Of a stretch of 64,000 nt of DNA, positions 19,762 to 29,685 are shown one piece after another. Each line of letters starts with the position of its first letter. The first letter of the stretch is position 1. A program made the position numbers and the translations under genes. The notes under the pieces are model-generated. The model did not search any database. It had not been told where the DNA came from and saw only the letters and a list, made by a program, of their open reading frames with translations. Source of the stretch: Lachnospiraceae bacterium. GTDB taxonomy: Bacteria > Bacillota > Clostridia > Lachnospirales > Lachnospiraceae. Location: assembly GCA_017433725.1 (NCBI GenBank), contig JAFRGQ010000075.1, positions 277-64,276 of the forward strand. Reading direction: 5' to 3'.

Positions 19762-19950
19762 GATTCAAGAACGCCTCGGCGTTCTTGCCGCGACGCACGC
19801 GGCGCGTAAACGCTTTCCATTGCGCACGTCTTCGATCCGCCGAAAGCTTTTTTTCTTCATCACGAGATTGTACTCTCGATGAAAACGAGTGTCACCTTGC
19901 GTGCGTATCTCACGACTCTAAATTCAAAAGTATTGCGCGATGAAGAATAA
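19762..19950 (+). repeat. Composite element: family A (19764-19842) joined to family B (19850-19950)
   Basis: Both modules align with their separate copies at 14328-14406 and 13814-13911. Confidence 0.85.
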
Positions 19951-20118
19951 ATATTCCCACAGAACATGGAGCAGCATGGCACGATTTGTGATAAAATAGC
20001 TGTGACTACCTTATACTGCCACAATCGAATTGCTTAGCAAGCCTCATGGTAGGCAGTCAGAAGTACCGGATGTGGCAAAAAGCTTTGTTCATACAGATAA
20101 GACCTTTATGGAGGAATT

Positions 20119-21141
20119 ATGGATAAGTGGCAAAAGCGGGCGGCGGAGCGACGCAAACAGAGAGAAAAACAACTCAGACAGCGCATGATGATCGCAGGCG
20201 GTGCAGTGGTTGCACTCCTTGTCGTCATCTTCATTATCACGCGTGTGGCCGGAGGCTCAAAGGTAGAGAAAAAAGGCTCGTCCTCCGAAGCTGCATCATC
20301 CTCGGTAACCGGTGAAAATGCTGCAGTCTCCGGAACGAACGGCGTGACCGGAGATACCGCGGGTACTCTTGCGGACACTTCATCGACGGATTCTGTACTC
20401 GTTGCGACCGTGACCGGCGAAATCGCTCCCGATGAGGCGACTGTAACGCCGAATCCGGACGACCCGCGTGCGATATTTGCAGTGGATCCGAACAGAACAG
20501 ACTGGAATTTTGATAAGGACGGAGACAAGGTCGTATACCTCACGCTCGACGATGGTCCCTCCTATCTGACCATGCAGTTCCTTGACATGTTAGATGCATG
20601 TGATGTCAAAGCGACATTCTTTGTGACATCGCAGGACCCGTCATATGCCGACTGCATTCAGGAGGCCTACAGGCGAGGCCATACAATCGGTCTGCACACA
20701 TCGAGCCACTCCTTTGAGATTTACAAATCCGTAGAAGATTACTTCTGGGACCTTGAGCAGATCGGCAACGTCGTGCGCGACCAGATCGGCTATGTCCCCG
20801 CTTTTATCCGATTCCCCGGCGGATCCTCCAACACAAGATCTGCAAGGTATGCCAAGGGAATCATGGCAAAACTTACGGAGGAAGTGCAGAAGCGCGGCTA
20901 TCAGTACTGGGACTGGAATGCGGAGACCGGAGACGGAAACATGTTATCGGTCGAGGAGGAGATTGCAGAGGCTACTTCCTGTGATTATAACAATATTGTA
21001 ATGCTTGCTCACGACGGCGATCTGAAGGAGGCAACTCTGGAAGCTCTTCCGACGATTATCCAGAATTATAAGGACAGAGGCTATACGTTCAAACCTTTGG
21101 ACAGGGAAGCCAAGGTCATACATCATGAGGTGCTGAACTGA
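20119..21141 (+). CDS. Membrane-anchored polysaccharide/peptidoglycan deacetylase (CE4, NodB homology)
   Basis: YLTLDDGP, KATFFV, GHTIGLHTSSH, RFPGGS, MLAHD. Confidence 0.9.
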   Translation: MDKWQKRAAERRKQREKQLRQRMMIAGGAVVALLVVIFIITRVAGGSKVEKKGSSSEAASSSVTGENAAVSGTNGVTGDTAGTLADTSSTDSVLVATVTGEIAPDEATVTPNPDDPRAIFAVDPNRTDWNFDKDGDKVVYLTLDDGPSYLTMQFLDMLDACDVKATFFVTSQDPSYADCIQEAYRRGHTIGLHTSSHSFEIYKSVEDYFWDLEQIGNVVRDQIGYVPAFIRFPGGSSNTRSARYAKGIMAKLTEEVQKRGYQYWDWNAETGDGNMLSVEEEIAEATSCDYNNIVMLAHDGDLKEATLEALPTIIQNYKDRGYTFKPLDREAKVIHHEVLN

Positions 21142-21142
21142 A

Positions 21143-22147
21143 GTGAAAAAAGAATACGCATACGGGGCAGACATCGGATGGCTCAGCCAGTTCGAGGCCA
21201 AAGGAATCAGATGGGTCAATAAGGAAATGCAGAAAGTGGATGCACTCAGGGAGCTGAAACGGCTTGGTACAAATGCCGCCCGACTCCGTGTTTTTGTCGA
21301 TCCGCCCCAATCCGCCTTATGGCGCAAGAATGAATCAACCGTGTGCATGCTGGGATTCTGCGATGCAGACGGTCTGCTATCAGCGTCAAAGAGAGTCAGG
21401 GCCGAAGGCTTGCGGCTTATGATTGATTTTCATTACAGCGATCATTTTGCGGACCCTGATATTCAGGACATACCTGCAGCATGGAAAGATTTAAGCGATG
21501 AGGAACTCCACGCCGCGGTTCATGACCACACTGTTCATACGCTTGAGATGTTGAAAACAAACGGCATAGAGCCGGAATGGGTTCAGGTCGGAAACGAGAT
21601 CAATCACGGCTTTATGTGGCCACAGGCATCCCTCAAAGATGCACCGTCTCTCATGACATCACTTCTCAATACCGGTTATGATGCTGTGAAGGAAGTATTC
21701 CCGAAATGCAGTGTTGTTACACATCTGGCATGTCTGAATGACAGAAGCGAGTGCATTCCGTTTCTTGAGGCTTTCTATGCACATGGCGGGAAGACCGATA
21801 TCCTTGGCTTTTCCTTTTATCCGTACTGGTTCGATTCACCGTATGATGTGGATTTTATCAGGGAACAGATGGAATACTATTATGAGATGTACGGCAAGCC
21901 GCTCCTCATAGCGGAAATCGGAGGAAAAGAGGAAGATCCGGATCAGGCATATGAAATCGTAAAGAATACGATCAATGCCGGACGTCTTCTCCCGCAAGGT
22001 GCCGTACAGGGTATCTTCTACTGGGAACCTTGTGTAGGCGCGGATTTCCTGCCCGATCACTATCCGCTCGGCGCATCAAAGACGGTGGGAGACCACACAC
22101 TTCAGCTGACGAGGACGTTGGAGGCATATAAAGACGCTTCCAAGTAG
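21143..22147 (+). CDS. GH53 arabinogalactan endo-1,4-beta-galactanase
   Basis: GADIGW, RLRVFVDP, DFHYSD, WVQVGNE, GFSFYPYW, IAE, IFYWEP; GTG start. Confidence 0.9.
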   Translation: MKKEYAYGADIGWLSQFEAKGIRWVNKEMQKVDALRELKRLGTNAARLRVFVDPPQSALWRKNESTVCMLGFCDADGLLSASKRVRAEGLRLMIDFHYSDHFADPDIQDIPAAWKDLSDEELHAAVHDHTVHTLEMLKTNGIEPEWVQVGNEINHGFMWPQASLKDAPSLMTSLLNTGYDAVKEVFPKCSVVTHLACLNDRSECIPFLEAFYAHGGKTDILGFSFYPYWFDSPYDVDFIREQMEYYYEMYGKPLLIAEIGGKEEDPDQAYEIVKNTINAGRLLPQGAVQGIFYWEPCVGADFLPDHYPLGASKTVGDHTLQLTRTLEAYKDASK

Positions 22148-22259
22148 CGCGCGCGAGGTTTGACGCGGGATCCAGGTCTGTGTCAGCTAACATAATTCCA
22201 AACATATTCCCTGCGTATCCTCGCACACCTGTGCGGGAGACGATCCTTCAAAACCGCAT

Positions 22260-22303
22260 AAAAAACCGGGATCAGAGTCCTCAGACCTGTTCCCGGCTTT
22301 TTT
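22260..22303. terminator. Bidirectional terminator between GH53 and coaX
   Basis: AAAAAACCGGGATCAG...CTGTTCCCGGCTTTTTT. Confidence 0.7.
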
Positions 22304-22351
22304 ATTCTTCATCGCACAATACTCGCTGGCTTTAGACGTGAAATACGTATA
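22302..22351 (+). repeat. Family B half copy
   Basis: TTATTCTTCATCGCACAATACTCGC...GACGTGAAATACG, ending at the coaX stop codon. Confidence 0.65.
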
Positions 22352-23116
22352 TCACGTGTTCTTCTCGTAAATCGCCCTCAAGCCTTTCAACATCAGCATC
22401 TTATCAATGATAATCTCTTTCCTGCAATGCGGTATGATGACCCCGGAAAGCCCGCCGGTCGCGACCGCCTTGCAGGGATAACCGAGTTCATCCTCGAACC
22501 TTTCTATCATACCGTCAATCAGAGCCGCCTGACCGAAGACAATTCCGCTCTTCATGGAGTCGATCGTATTGCTGCCGACCGCTTTTTTTGGTGCCTCGAC
22601 CGAGATTCGCGGCAGCTGCGAAGTTCCGGATACAAGGGATTCAAGGGAAACCATGACGCCGGGAATAATTGCTCCGCCGATGTAGCACTTGTTCTTATCG
22701 ACTACTGTAACGGTCGTTGCGGTTCCCATATCAATAACAATGCACGGAGCACCGTACTCCCTGAGAGCGGCAACGGAGTCAACTACCAGATCTGCGCCGA
22801 CTGTTCCCGGATTATCCATTTTAATGTTCATGCCGGTCTTCAGGCCGGCTCCGACTATCATGGCCTTCACCCCGGTTATTTTATAAATAGCATTGCAGAG
22901 GACCTGCGTCAGAGGCGGTACGACGGACGATATAATCGCTCCGCTGATCTGCTCCGGGGTGATGGAGTTGAGCTCCATAATCGTCTTGATGAGCACCGCA
23001 TATTCAAGGTCGGTCTTATAAATGTCTGTACGAACACGCTCGGTAAAATGGATCGTCTCATGATCGAGACAGCCGATCTCTATGTTCGTGTTGCCCATGT
23101 CTATCGCTAATATCAT
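22352..23116 (-). CDS. coaX: Type III pantothenate kinase
   Basis: LAIDMGNTN, SSVVP, VGAD, IDMGTATT, GGAIIPG, VATGG; start placed at MILAID. Confidence 0.93.
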   Translation of the reverse strand: MILAIDMGNTNIEIGCLDHETIHFTERVRTDIYKTDLEYAVLIKTIMELNSITPEQISGAIISSVVPPLTQVLCNAIYKITGVKAMIVGAGLKTGMNIKMDNPGTVGADLVVDSVAALREYGAPCIVIDMGTATTVTVVDKNKCYIGGAIIPGVMVSLESLVSGTSQLPRISVEAPKKAVGSNTIDSMKSGIVFGQAALIDGMIERFEDELGYPCKAVATGGLSGVIIPHCRKEIIIDKMLMLKGLRAIYEKNT

Positions 23117-23233
23117 ATTTTCACCCTGTTCCCGTATATAGCTGCAGACTTCCCGCTTCAGAAATGAAGTACAATCCACTTCAGAACTGAAGTACAGTAG
23201 AAATCATTTACAATACACAATCAAAACGCCTCT

Positions 23234-24595
23234 TCACTCTGAGATCTCAGCCACAATCGCATCCAATATCCGGTCCGCCGTCTCAAGCTTTGATATGAGC
23301 GGAAGCGAAAGCTCCGAATCCTTTGTGATGATCGTGATCTTGTTCGTATCATGGGCAAAACCTGCCCCCGGTTCCGCGATACTGTTGGCCGCTATCATAT
23401 CCAGCTTCTTCTTTTCCAGCTTCTTTCTGGAGTTCTCCAGAAGATTCTCCGTCTCCATGGAGAAACCGCATATGAACTGCCCTTCCTTCTTCTTCCCGGC
23501 AATCGTACCGAGAATATCCGTCGTGCGGGCAAGCCGGATGACCATATCGCCATCCTTCTTCTTTATCTTCTGATCCGCGACCTCTGCCGGTCTATAGTCC
23601 GCCACGGCCGCTGCCATGACCAATATATCCGTTGTTTCGAAGTGCTCAAATACCGCCTCGGCCATATCCTGTGCTGACACCACGGATACCAGCTTCACTC
23701 CCTCAGGGGGAGAAATTGCGACCTGTCCGGAAACAAGGACGACCTCCGCTCCGCGCTTTCTTGCCGCTTCGGCGATCGCATATCCCATTTTTCCGCTGCT
23801 GTGATTTGTTATATAGCGGACAGGGTCGATAGCTTCCTGCGTAGGACCTGCTGTCACAAGCACACGGCGGCCTGCAAGATCCTGTTTCTTCAGACCGGTA
23901 TCTTCATCGCTCCCAACGGCAACAGCTTTGTCAGCTTCCACATTGTCTTTGCAGGCAGTCAGGGCATCTGCGCCTGCATTCGCCTCCGGAGTATTATCGC
24001 CGGTCTCATGATCTGCATACTTATCACTGTCTGGGTCAGCGAACGCATCTGTCTTCAATAGATCCAGAATATACGCACAGATAGCCTCCACCGGCGCAAG
24101 TTTTCCGCGTCCCACATCACCGCAGGCTAGAAGTCCCTCGGCCGGTGCAATAAATCGATAGCCATATTTTCTCAGTCTGGCCATGTTATCCTGCACGATT
24201 GGATTGTCATACATGGCTGTATTCATCGCCGGAGCAATAATCTTCGGACAGGTACAGGCCATAATAGTCGTCGTCGCCATGTCATCAGCGATTCCCGAAG
24301 CTATCTTTCCGATAATATTTGCAGAAGCGGGTGCGATCACACACAGGTCAGCAGCCTTCGCCGCGGAAATGTGTTCCACATCGAACTTGAAGCTGCGGTC
24401 GAAGGTATCGACGAGGCATTTGCTTGCTGTCAGCGTCTCAAATGTAATCGGCGTGATGAATTTCGCACCGTTTGCAGTCAGAGACACCGTGACGGAAATT
24501 CCGGCTTTCACCAGATTCCGTGCAATGTCCGCCGCTTTGTATGCCGCGATCGAGCCGCTTACGACGAGCAGTACATTTTTCTTATCTCCTAACAT
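23234..24595 (-). CDS. coaBC: Bifunctional phosphopantothenoylcysteine decarboxylase/ligase
   Basis: GSIAAYKA, APASAN, PAMNTAM, LACGDVGRGKL, VTAGPTQE.IDPVRYITNHSSGKMG, AAVADY; start at MLGDKK after GGGAGGAG. Confidence 0.95.
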   Translation of the reverse strand: MLGDKKNVLLVVSGSIAAYKAADIARNLVKAGISVTVSLTANGAKFITPITFETLTASKCLVDTFDRSFKFDVEHISAAKAADLCVIAPASANIIGKIASGIADDMATTTIMACTCPKIIAPAMNTAMYDNPIVQDNMARLRKYGYRFIAPAEGLLACGDVGRGKLAPVEAICAYILDLLKTDAFADPDSDKYADHETGDNTPEANAGADALTACKDNVEADKAVAVGSDEDTGLKKQDLAGRRVLVTAGPTQEAIDPVRYITNHSSGKMGYAIAEAARKRGAEVVLVSGQVAISPPEGVKLVSVVSAQDMAEAVFEHFETTDILVMAAAVADYRPAEVADQKIKKKDGDMVIRLARTTDILGTIAGKKKEGQFICGFSMETENLLENSRKKLEKKKLDMIAANSIAEPGAGFAHDTNKITIITKDSELSLPLISKLETADRILDAIVAEISE

Positions 24596-24662
24596 ATTCT
24601 CCTCCCGATCTACTTTTATAGGTCCGATCATATGCCGGACATAACACGCATGCAAAGTCTCA

Positions 24663-24743
24663 TTCAATTCCCGCTCGCTATACTCGGCATGGGACTTAAG
24701 GTCAGTATCAGCTGACTTATAAAGTCACGTTCAAATCCCGCTC
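24663..24743 (+). repeat. REP-like element family C (one full copy plus a partial copy at 24730)
   Basis: TTCAATTCCCGCTCGC...GGGACTTAAGGTCAG and TTCAAATCCCGCTC. Confidence 0.6.
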
Positions 24744-24757
24744 ACACTATGACAACC

Positions 24758-26842
24758 TCACTCCGTAAAATACAGGAAGTCCGTAACCGGTCTCTCACTT
24801 CCCGTCGCCGGAGTATTCAACATCTGATTCTCAAATATAAGCGTGGAACTTCCACCGCCGTCAAGGCACTTGCCGAATCCGCAATCGAGAGCCATCAGAG
24901 TGTCCCTCACCTCGTCATAGGTCATTCCGTTAGAATAGCCGGAAGTTCCCGCCGTGATTATATAATACTCACACGGGCGGACCATTCCGATCGCCGTTCT
25001 CGGATAGCGGTAATCCAAGCTCTGTATGCCTACGTTTACGGCTTCACCGTTTGAAATGAGAAGTGTGTCGCCGCAGCACCAGGTATCTGTGACGCCCATC
25101 CTGAGCAGATCGTTGATTGACATGCCCTGCTGTGGCGAGAAAAGGTTGCCGCTGTTTGTCAAACATATTTCCATGCCGTTCGCGACCGGTCTGCTGTCCG
25201 GCATCATCATACCGTTCTTGATCTTTGCATCCGCCATCGTCGGAGTGTTGGTCGAATAATCAAAGTTGCTTCCGTTGATGCCGACGACCCAGCCGAGGCG
25301 CTTCGCCGCACTGCTCGGAGTCTCGCGCTCGCCGCCATAGTTGTCATTTGAAAGTCCTGCATGAATCTGGGACGGATCATCAATGATAATGTGTGTCAAC
25401 AGGTAGGTGTACTCCGGTTGCGTATACCGGTTCACAGTGACCATGATCGTGTCGCTCAGGTGACTGTACTCAGCCGTTGCAATCTCATCCGCGTAGCGTA
25501 TTCTTGCACGGCGGATCTCCGTATCATGAAGAACATCGACCGTGAAAATATACATTTTTCCGTTATACAGGAAAGGAATCTCGTTCGTACCGGCCGTCAG
25601 GGGAAGACTTGCCTCAGCACCGAGCTCATACTCTCCTTTTCCGATATTCCGGGTCTTCCCATCCTCATATTCGAGAGTGATAATATCGACATCCAGCATA
25701 TCCTCCTCATAAAGAATGCCGGATACCTCAATACTCGCGCTGCTGATCTGAACCGGATCAATGTGTACATCTGTCTCCCCGTATATGCTTTTTACAACAT
25801 AGTCGCCGGAATCATTGACAAATGCGTCCCCTACGAACTCAGCAGCTGTGACCTCTTCAGTATGTCCGTCAGCAAATTCAGCAGTCACCGTCACATTTTC
25901 TGCCTCCGCAGTATCCCCGGAGTAAACCTTTCCCCGATACTTCGCGGTCGTTTTCTCAAGTTCAACAGGAATGATGTGACACACTGTGTCTCCGAACTCA
26001 GTGTGCACCGGAATATCGGTTTCGGTTGCGACTGCCCCTGTTGCCTCTGCCGTGCAGGATACAGCTGCTTTTGCACCGTCCTCATAAACCAGCTCGGCAT
26101 GAATATTCTCTGTATCCGGGACGCCCATGAAATACACTTTTCCGTCATAGGAAGCTCTGATTTCCTTGACCGGCACTGCATCCACTGTCACAGTGTCCGT
26201 AAAATTCCCTTTGCTGATCGTATATTCCGTGACGGTATCTCCGGTCACAACGAGCCTGTCGTCACCGCTTGCAGCCTGATCTTTTGCAGAACTTTCGAGC
26301 TTCCCGGCGGAAACTGCATCCGTACCGCTCTGCGATGAGGCTTTCTCTGTTTCCGGATTTTCTGCCTTATCTGCACCGGACGACTCTGCATTTTCAGCGT
26401 CCTTCGCGTTTTTATCCGCACCCGCTTTCCGGGCGTTATCCTCTGCGGAAGCCGCACGGATATCATCCGCTGTAATTATATTTTTGTTTTTCTTTCTGGC
26501 ATATTCCTCGAGACCCGTGTCGGATTCCGAAGTCTCCTCATCTATATCACCGAGCGTCACCTGACCGAACTGCTCTATGGCCGCTTCCTGCTGTTCTTCT
26601 GTCCATCCTTCCCAGAGCACCTTATAGTCCTCCGCATTATGCTTAATGCCGAAAAGCGTGCTGGTCTGAACAGCAAAATCACTCTCCGTCAGCGCGGTAT
26701 GCTGATGCAGAGTGCCCGTCTGTTTCACCTCAATGCGAACCGGAACGAAAAATCCCACGCCAAGAGCGGCTGCACAGACAGCCGTTCCCGCTATGAATGC
26801 CCTTTTATGCTTTTTTACAATATCTGCAATAGAATTTTTCAA
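24758..26842 (-). CDS. Membrane-anchored phosphodiester glycosidase (NAGPA) family protein with tandem Ig-like repeats
   Basis: C-terminal GINGS, YPRTAIG, LDGGGSSTL, ERPVTD; three ~70-aa repeats (Y.G..Y......V.AE..DG); N-terminal TM; TTG start uncertain. Confidence 0.8.
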   Translation of the reverse strand: MKNSIADIVKKHKRAFIAGTAVCAAALGVGFFVPVRIEVKQTGTLHQHTALTESDFAVQTSTLFGIKHNAEDYKVLWEGWTEEQQEAAIEQFGQVTLGDIDEETSESDTGLEEYARKKNKNIITADDIRAASAEDNARKAGADKNAKDAENAESSGADKAENPETEKASSQSGTDAVSAGKLESSAKDQAASGDDRLVVTGDTVTEYTISKGNFTDTVTVDAVPVKEIRASYDGKVYFMGVPDTENIHAELVYEDGAKAAVSCTAEATGAVATETDIPVHTEFGDTVCHIIPVELEKTTAKYRGKVYSGDTAEAENVTVTAEFADGHTEEVTAAEFVGDAFVNDSGDYVVKSIYGETDVHIDPVQISSASIEVSGILYEEDMLDVDIITLEYEDGKTRNIGKGEYELGAEASLPLTAGTNEIPFLYNGKMYIFTVDVLHDTEIRRARIRYADEIATAEYSHLSDTIMVTVNRYTQPEYTYLLTHIIIDDPSQIHAGLSNDNYGGERETPSSAAKRLGWVVGINGSNFDYSTNTPTMADAKIKNGMMMPDSRPVANGMEICLTNSGNLFSPQQGMSINDLLRMGVTDTWCCGDTLLISNGEAVNVGIQSLDYRYPRTAIGMVRPCEYYIITAGTSGYSNGMTYDEVRDTLMALDCGFGKCLDGGGSSTLIFENQMLNTPATGSERPVTDFLYFTE

Positions 26843-27048
26843 GAGAATACCCCATGGTCATAATAAGATGATGAGTCGTTTTCTATATGTCAATAAAGTA
26901 CCACAACAGAATCTTTTTTTCAATTGTGTATCACAGGTACGGTGAGCTATAATAACACTATTGCTATCTGCCCTCGCCGTTTGAGGTGCACAGAGGAGCA
27001 GACCGCAGTATTTAATTTTATCTACAAAGAATAAGAAAGGTTGCTTTT

Positions 27049-27864
27049 ATGTCCGACATCAACGCCGTCATTTTTGACCTCGACGGCACACTATATAGTT
27101 ATAATAAAGCCGACGATGCGGCCTGCGAAGCCCTCGGCAGATATGTCTCACAGCACTTCGGAATGGATCCCGGAAACATAAAGCAGGAAATCCGTGAATG
27201 TTGGGACATTCAAAATGATCGTATCGGATTCCTCTGCGGTGCGACACACAACCGGCTTATCCGCTGTCAGGTAATCTGCGAGCGGAACGGCTGGCCGGTT
27301 TTTCCGCATGCACTGAACATGGCTAAAACATACTGGGGTGCTTTCCTTGAGGGAATGATACCCGAAGACGGGATAAAAGAGCTGCTCTCAGCACTCAAAA
27401 AGACCGGCGTCGATATCGCGCTCGGTTCCAATATGACATCCTATATTCAATATCTAAAGCTCATGCAGATCGGTCTCGAGGATTGCTTTGACCATATTAC
27501 GCTCAGCGAAGAGACCGGTATAGAGAAGCCTGAGCGAGAATTTTATGAAATGTGCGCACGCAAGTCATACCTGCGTTTCGACGCGACCGGAATGCATGAG
27601 ACCGGCGCTTCGACCGCTCAGGATATTTCCGGCTTCATGAACAGCTGCCTCTTTATCGGCGATACACCGAAGATGGATTATTTCGGTCCGATAAAGGCCG
27701 GCATGTGCGCATGCCTCTATCTTGCGGGAAACACAGCGCCGGAAGGCATCGACCGAATAAATACAATCAGCAGCTACCGTAGCTGCGTGGGAAAAGACGG
27801 GGTACGGCTTGGCCGGTATTTCCTGCCATTCTATGAAGAAGGAGCTCAAACCGATGGACTATAA
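27049..27864 (+). CDS. HAD-superfamily hydrolase
   Basis: FDLDGTL, EKP, FIGDTPKMD. Confidence 0.9.
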   Translation: MSDINAVIFDLDGTLYSYNKADDAACEALGRYVSQHFGMDPGNIKQEIRECWDIQNDRIGFLCGATHNRLIRCQVICERNGWPVFPHALNMAKTYWGAFLEGMIPEDGIKELLSALKKTGVDIALGSNMTSYIQYLKLMQIGLEDCFDHITLSEETGIEKPEREFYEMCARKSYLRFDATGMHETGASTAQDISGFMNSCLFIGDTPKMDYFGPIKAGMCACLYLAGNTAPEGIDRINTISSYRSCVGKDGVRLGRYFLPFYEEGAQTDGL

Positions 27865-29488
27865 ACACCCGATACTGCTGACAATCACGACCGCACTGAA
27901 ATATCTCTTCGCGGTCTGCATTATAATCTTTGCTTACTCACAGACCGGACAGAGGATATGCCTGATAGCAGGACTCATGGAACTGGCGATCGTCTTTCTT
28001 ATCTCCAATACACTGGTCCGCGCCAATCACTTCATCGGATGGATCCTGAACGGTCTTCTTCTGCTGCTCATCAATGTGCAGATGGCGGTCCTGGCATTCG
28101 GCAACACCTACATCTCCCTGGTCATGATGACCAATCTGGATTCGGTGAGAGATCTTTCCGGACAGGCAGTGGTCTATATCTCGGCACTCGTTGCCGCTCT
28201 GGTCCTTTCTTTCCTTCCGATACGGCACGTCGGCACATGGAAGACAGCGGAGGCAAGATTTCTCGCACTGGCTCTGTCCGCTGAACTCATTTTCACGATG
28301 TGTATCGGCAGCGCGGGATCGCCGCTATTTTCCTACTATACGCTGATAAAGCAGGGGATCGACGCTCAGACCCCGTCCGAGAGCATCACAAAGGGCAAAG
28401 ATTACACGGAAATCTTCCACGGCACGACAATCATAGGACGCATCAAAAAGCCGGAAGGACTCCCCGAGAATCCCAACATCATCGCCATTTTCACTGAGGG
28501 GCTCTCACAGAATATCGTAACTGACAAAAGGAAGATCATGCCGAATGTTGCCGCTTATGAGAGGAAATCCATCAACTTTACGAATTACTTCAACCACACT
28601 TTTGCCACATACCGTGCGCTCAGCGGTCAGCTGTACTCCGGTTATCAGAAACATAATTATGACTCGAATGCGTTGATTTCCCTGCAGGACATCCTCTCAG
28701 ATAAAGGCTATACGACGACCTTTATCAACACAGAAACTCGCAACATAAATTTCACCAACTATCTGCAGGACATGGGATTCGATGAGGTCATCAGCGATCC
28801 GGCGTTCATAAGCAACGGAGTAGCCGACACGATTTCAGACAAGGATGCCTACGAACTGCTCTTTGACACAGTAAAAGAGCAGGGGAAGGATGACAAGCCC
28901 TTCTTCACGGCGATCTACACCTTCGGCACACACACCTCGCTCGATTCCCCGGACGAGAAGTTCGGTGACGGATCCGACAGCCTTCTGAACAAGTTCTACA
29001 ATCTGGACTGTCAGTTCGGTGCATTTATGAAGAAATTCGAAAAGAGCGATCTCGCAGATAATACGATCATCTTCTTCACAGCTGATCACGCGGCATATCA
29101 GGACCGTCTGTTCAATACGTCTTTTCCGGACTACGAGAGGAACCACACAGAGCTCGATGAAATGCCGTTCTTTATCTACCACAAGGGCGTCGAACCTCAG
29201 AAGATCGATGTGGAAGGTCGAAATACGCTGGACTTTGCACCCACTGTGCTGGATTATCTTGATATCTCGACCAACAACTATTTTCTCGGAACGACGTTGT
29301 TTTCCGGACTTGACAATAATAATAACTACGACACGATATTCACGGATTCCGCGTCCTACGTTTCGACACGCGGAGGAGAAATCCGGTGGCTTAACGATAC
29401 AGAGCATGATATCATGGATGTAAAGTTAGATATGTATTACGAAGCGAAACAGCAGGGACCGCCTGAGACAGCGCAATCGGACAAATGA
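27854..29488 (+). CDS. LTA-synthase-like membrane sulfatase-fold protein
   Basis: N-terminal TM helices, NPNIIAIFTEGLS, GTH, TADH; start at MDYK after AAGGAG. Confidence 0.82.
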   Translation: MDYKHPILLTITTALKYLFAVCIIIFAYSQTGQRICLIAGLMELAIVFLISNTLVRANHFIGWILNGLLLLLINVQMAVLAFGNTYISLVMMTNLDSVRDLSGQAVVYISALVAALVLSFLPIRHVGTWKTAEARFLALALSAELIFTMCIGSAGSPLFSYYTLIKQGIDAQTPSESITKGKDYTEIFHGTTIIGRIKKPEGLPENPNIIAIFTEGLSQNIVTDKRKIMPNVAAYERKSINFTNYFNHTFATYRALSGQLYSGYQKHNYDSNALISLQDILSDKGYTTTFINTETRNINFTNYLQDMGFDEVISDPAFISNGVADTISDKDAYELLFDTVKEQGKDDKPFFTAIYTFGTHTSLDSPDEKFGDGSDSLLNKFYNLDCQFGAFMKKFEKSDLADNTIIFFTADHAAYQDRLFNTSFPDYERNHTELDEMPFFIYHKGVEPQKIDVEGRNTLDFAPTVLDYLDISTNNYFLGTTLFSGLDNNNNYDTIFTDSASYVSTRGGEIRWLNDTEHDIMDVKLDMYYEAKQQGPPETAQSDK

Positions 29489-29500
29489 AACGGCTGCGCT

Positions 29501-29529
29501 CCTGTATATCTCACACTGAGATATACAGG
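29501..29529 (+). terminator. Perfect 13-bp hairpin after the sulfatase gene
   Basis: CCTGTATATCTCA-CAC-TGAGATATACAGG; no T-tract follows. Confidence 0.5.
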
Positions 29530-29685
29530 CTGAAAGACCCGAAAATTCCTTCAACATTATCCATTGCCGGCGGAACCATCGTATAAATTAAAAGAACAGG
29601 AACTATATCTGTTCGGTTGATCTGACTGACATGGTTCCCTGCCGGATAAAATTATACATCAATACATTTGTTCACACAGGAGGTT

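Noticed and set aside
19719-19943. 74-aa ORF in the fliB-deacetylase gap
   Set aside because: It coincides with the non-coding A+B repeat composite and has no convincing RBS.
25361-26338. 325-aa plus-strand ORF (likewise 46125-46982, 52707-53570, 58762-59667)
   Set aside because: Each lies antisense to a well-supported gene and shows no protein-family motifs.
29529-29645. c-di-AMP (ydaO) riboswitch
   Set aside because: Only a fragmentary 5' resemblance; the conserved GGGG and CCCGTCAGCTAAC elements are absent. Kept only as an unnamed structure.
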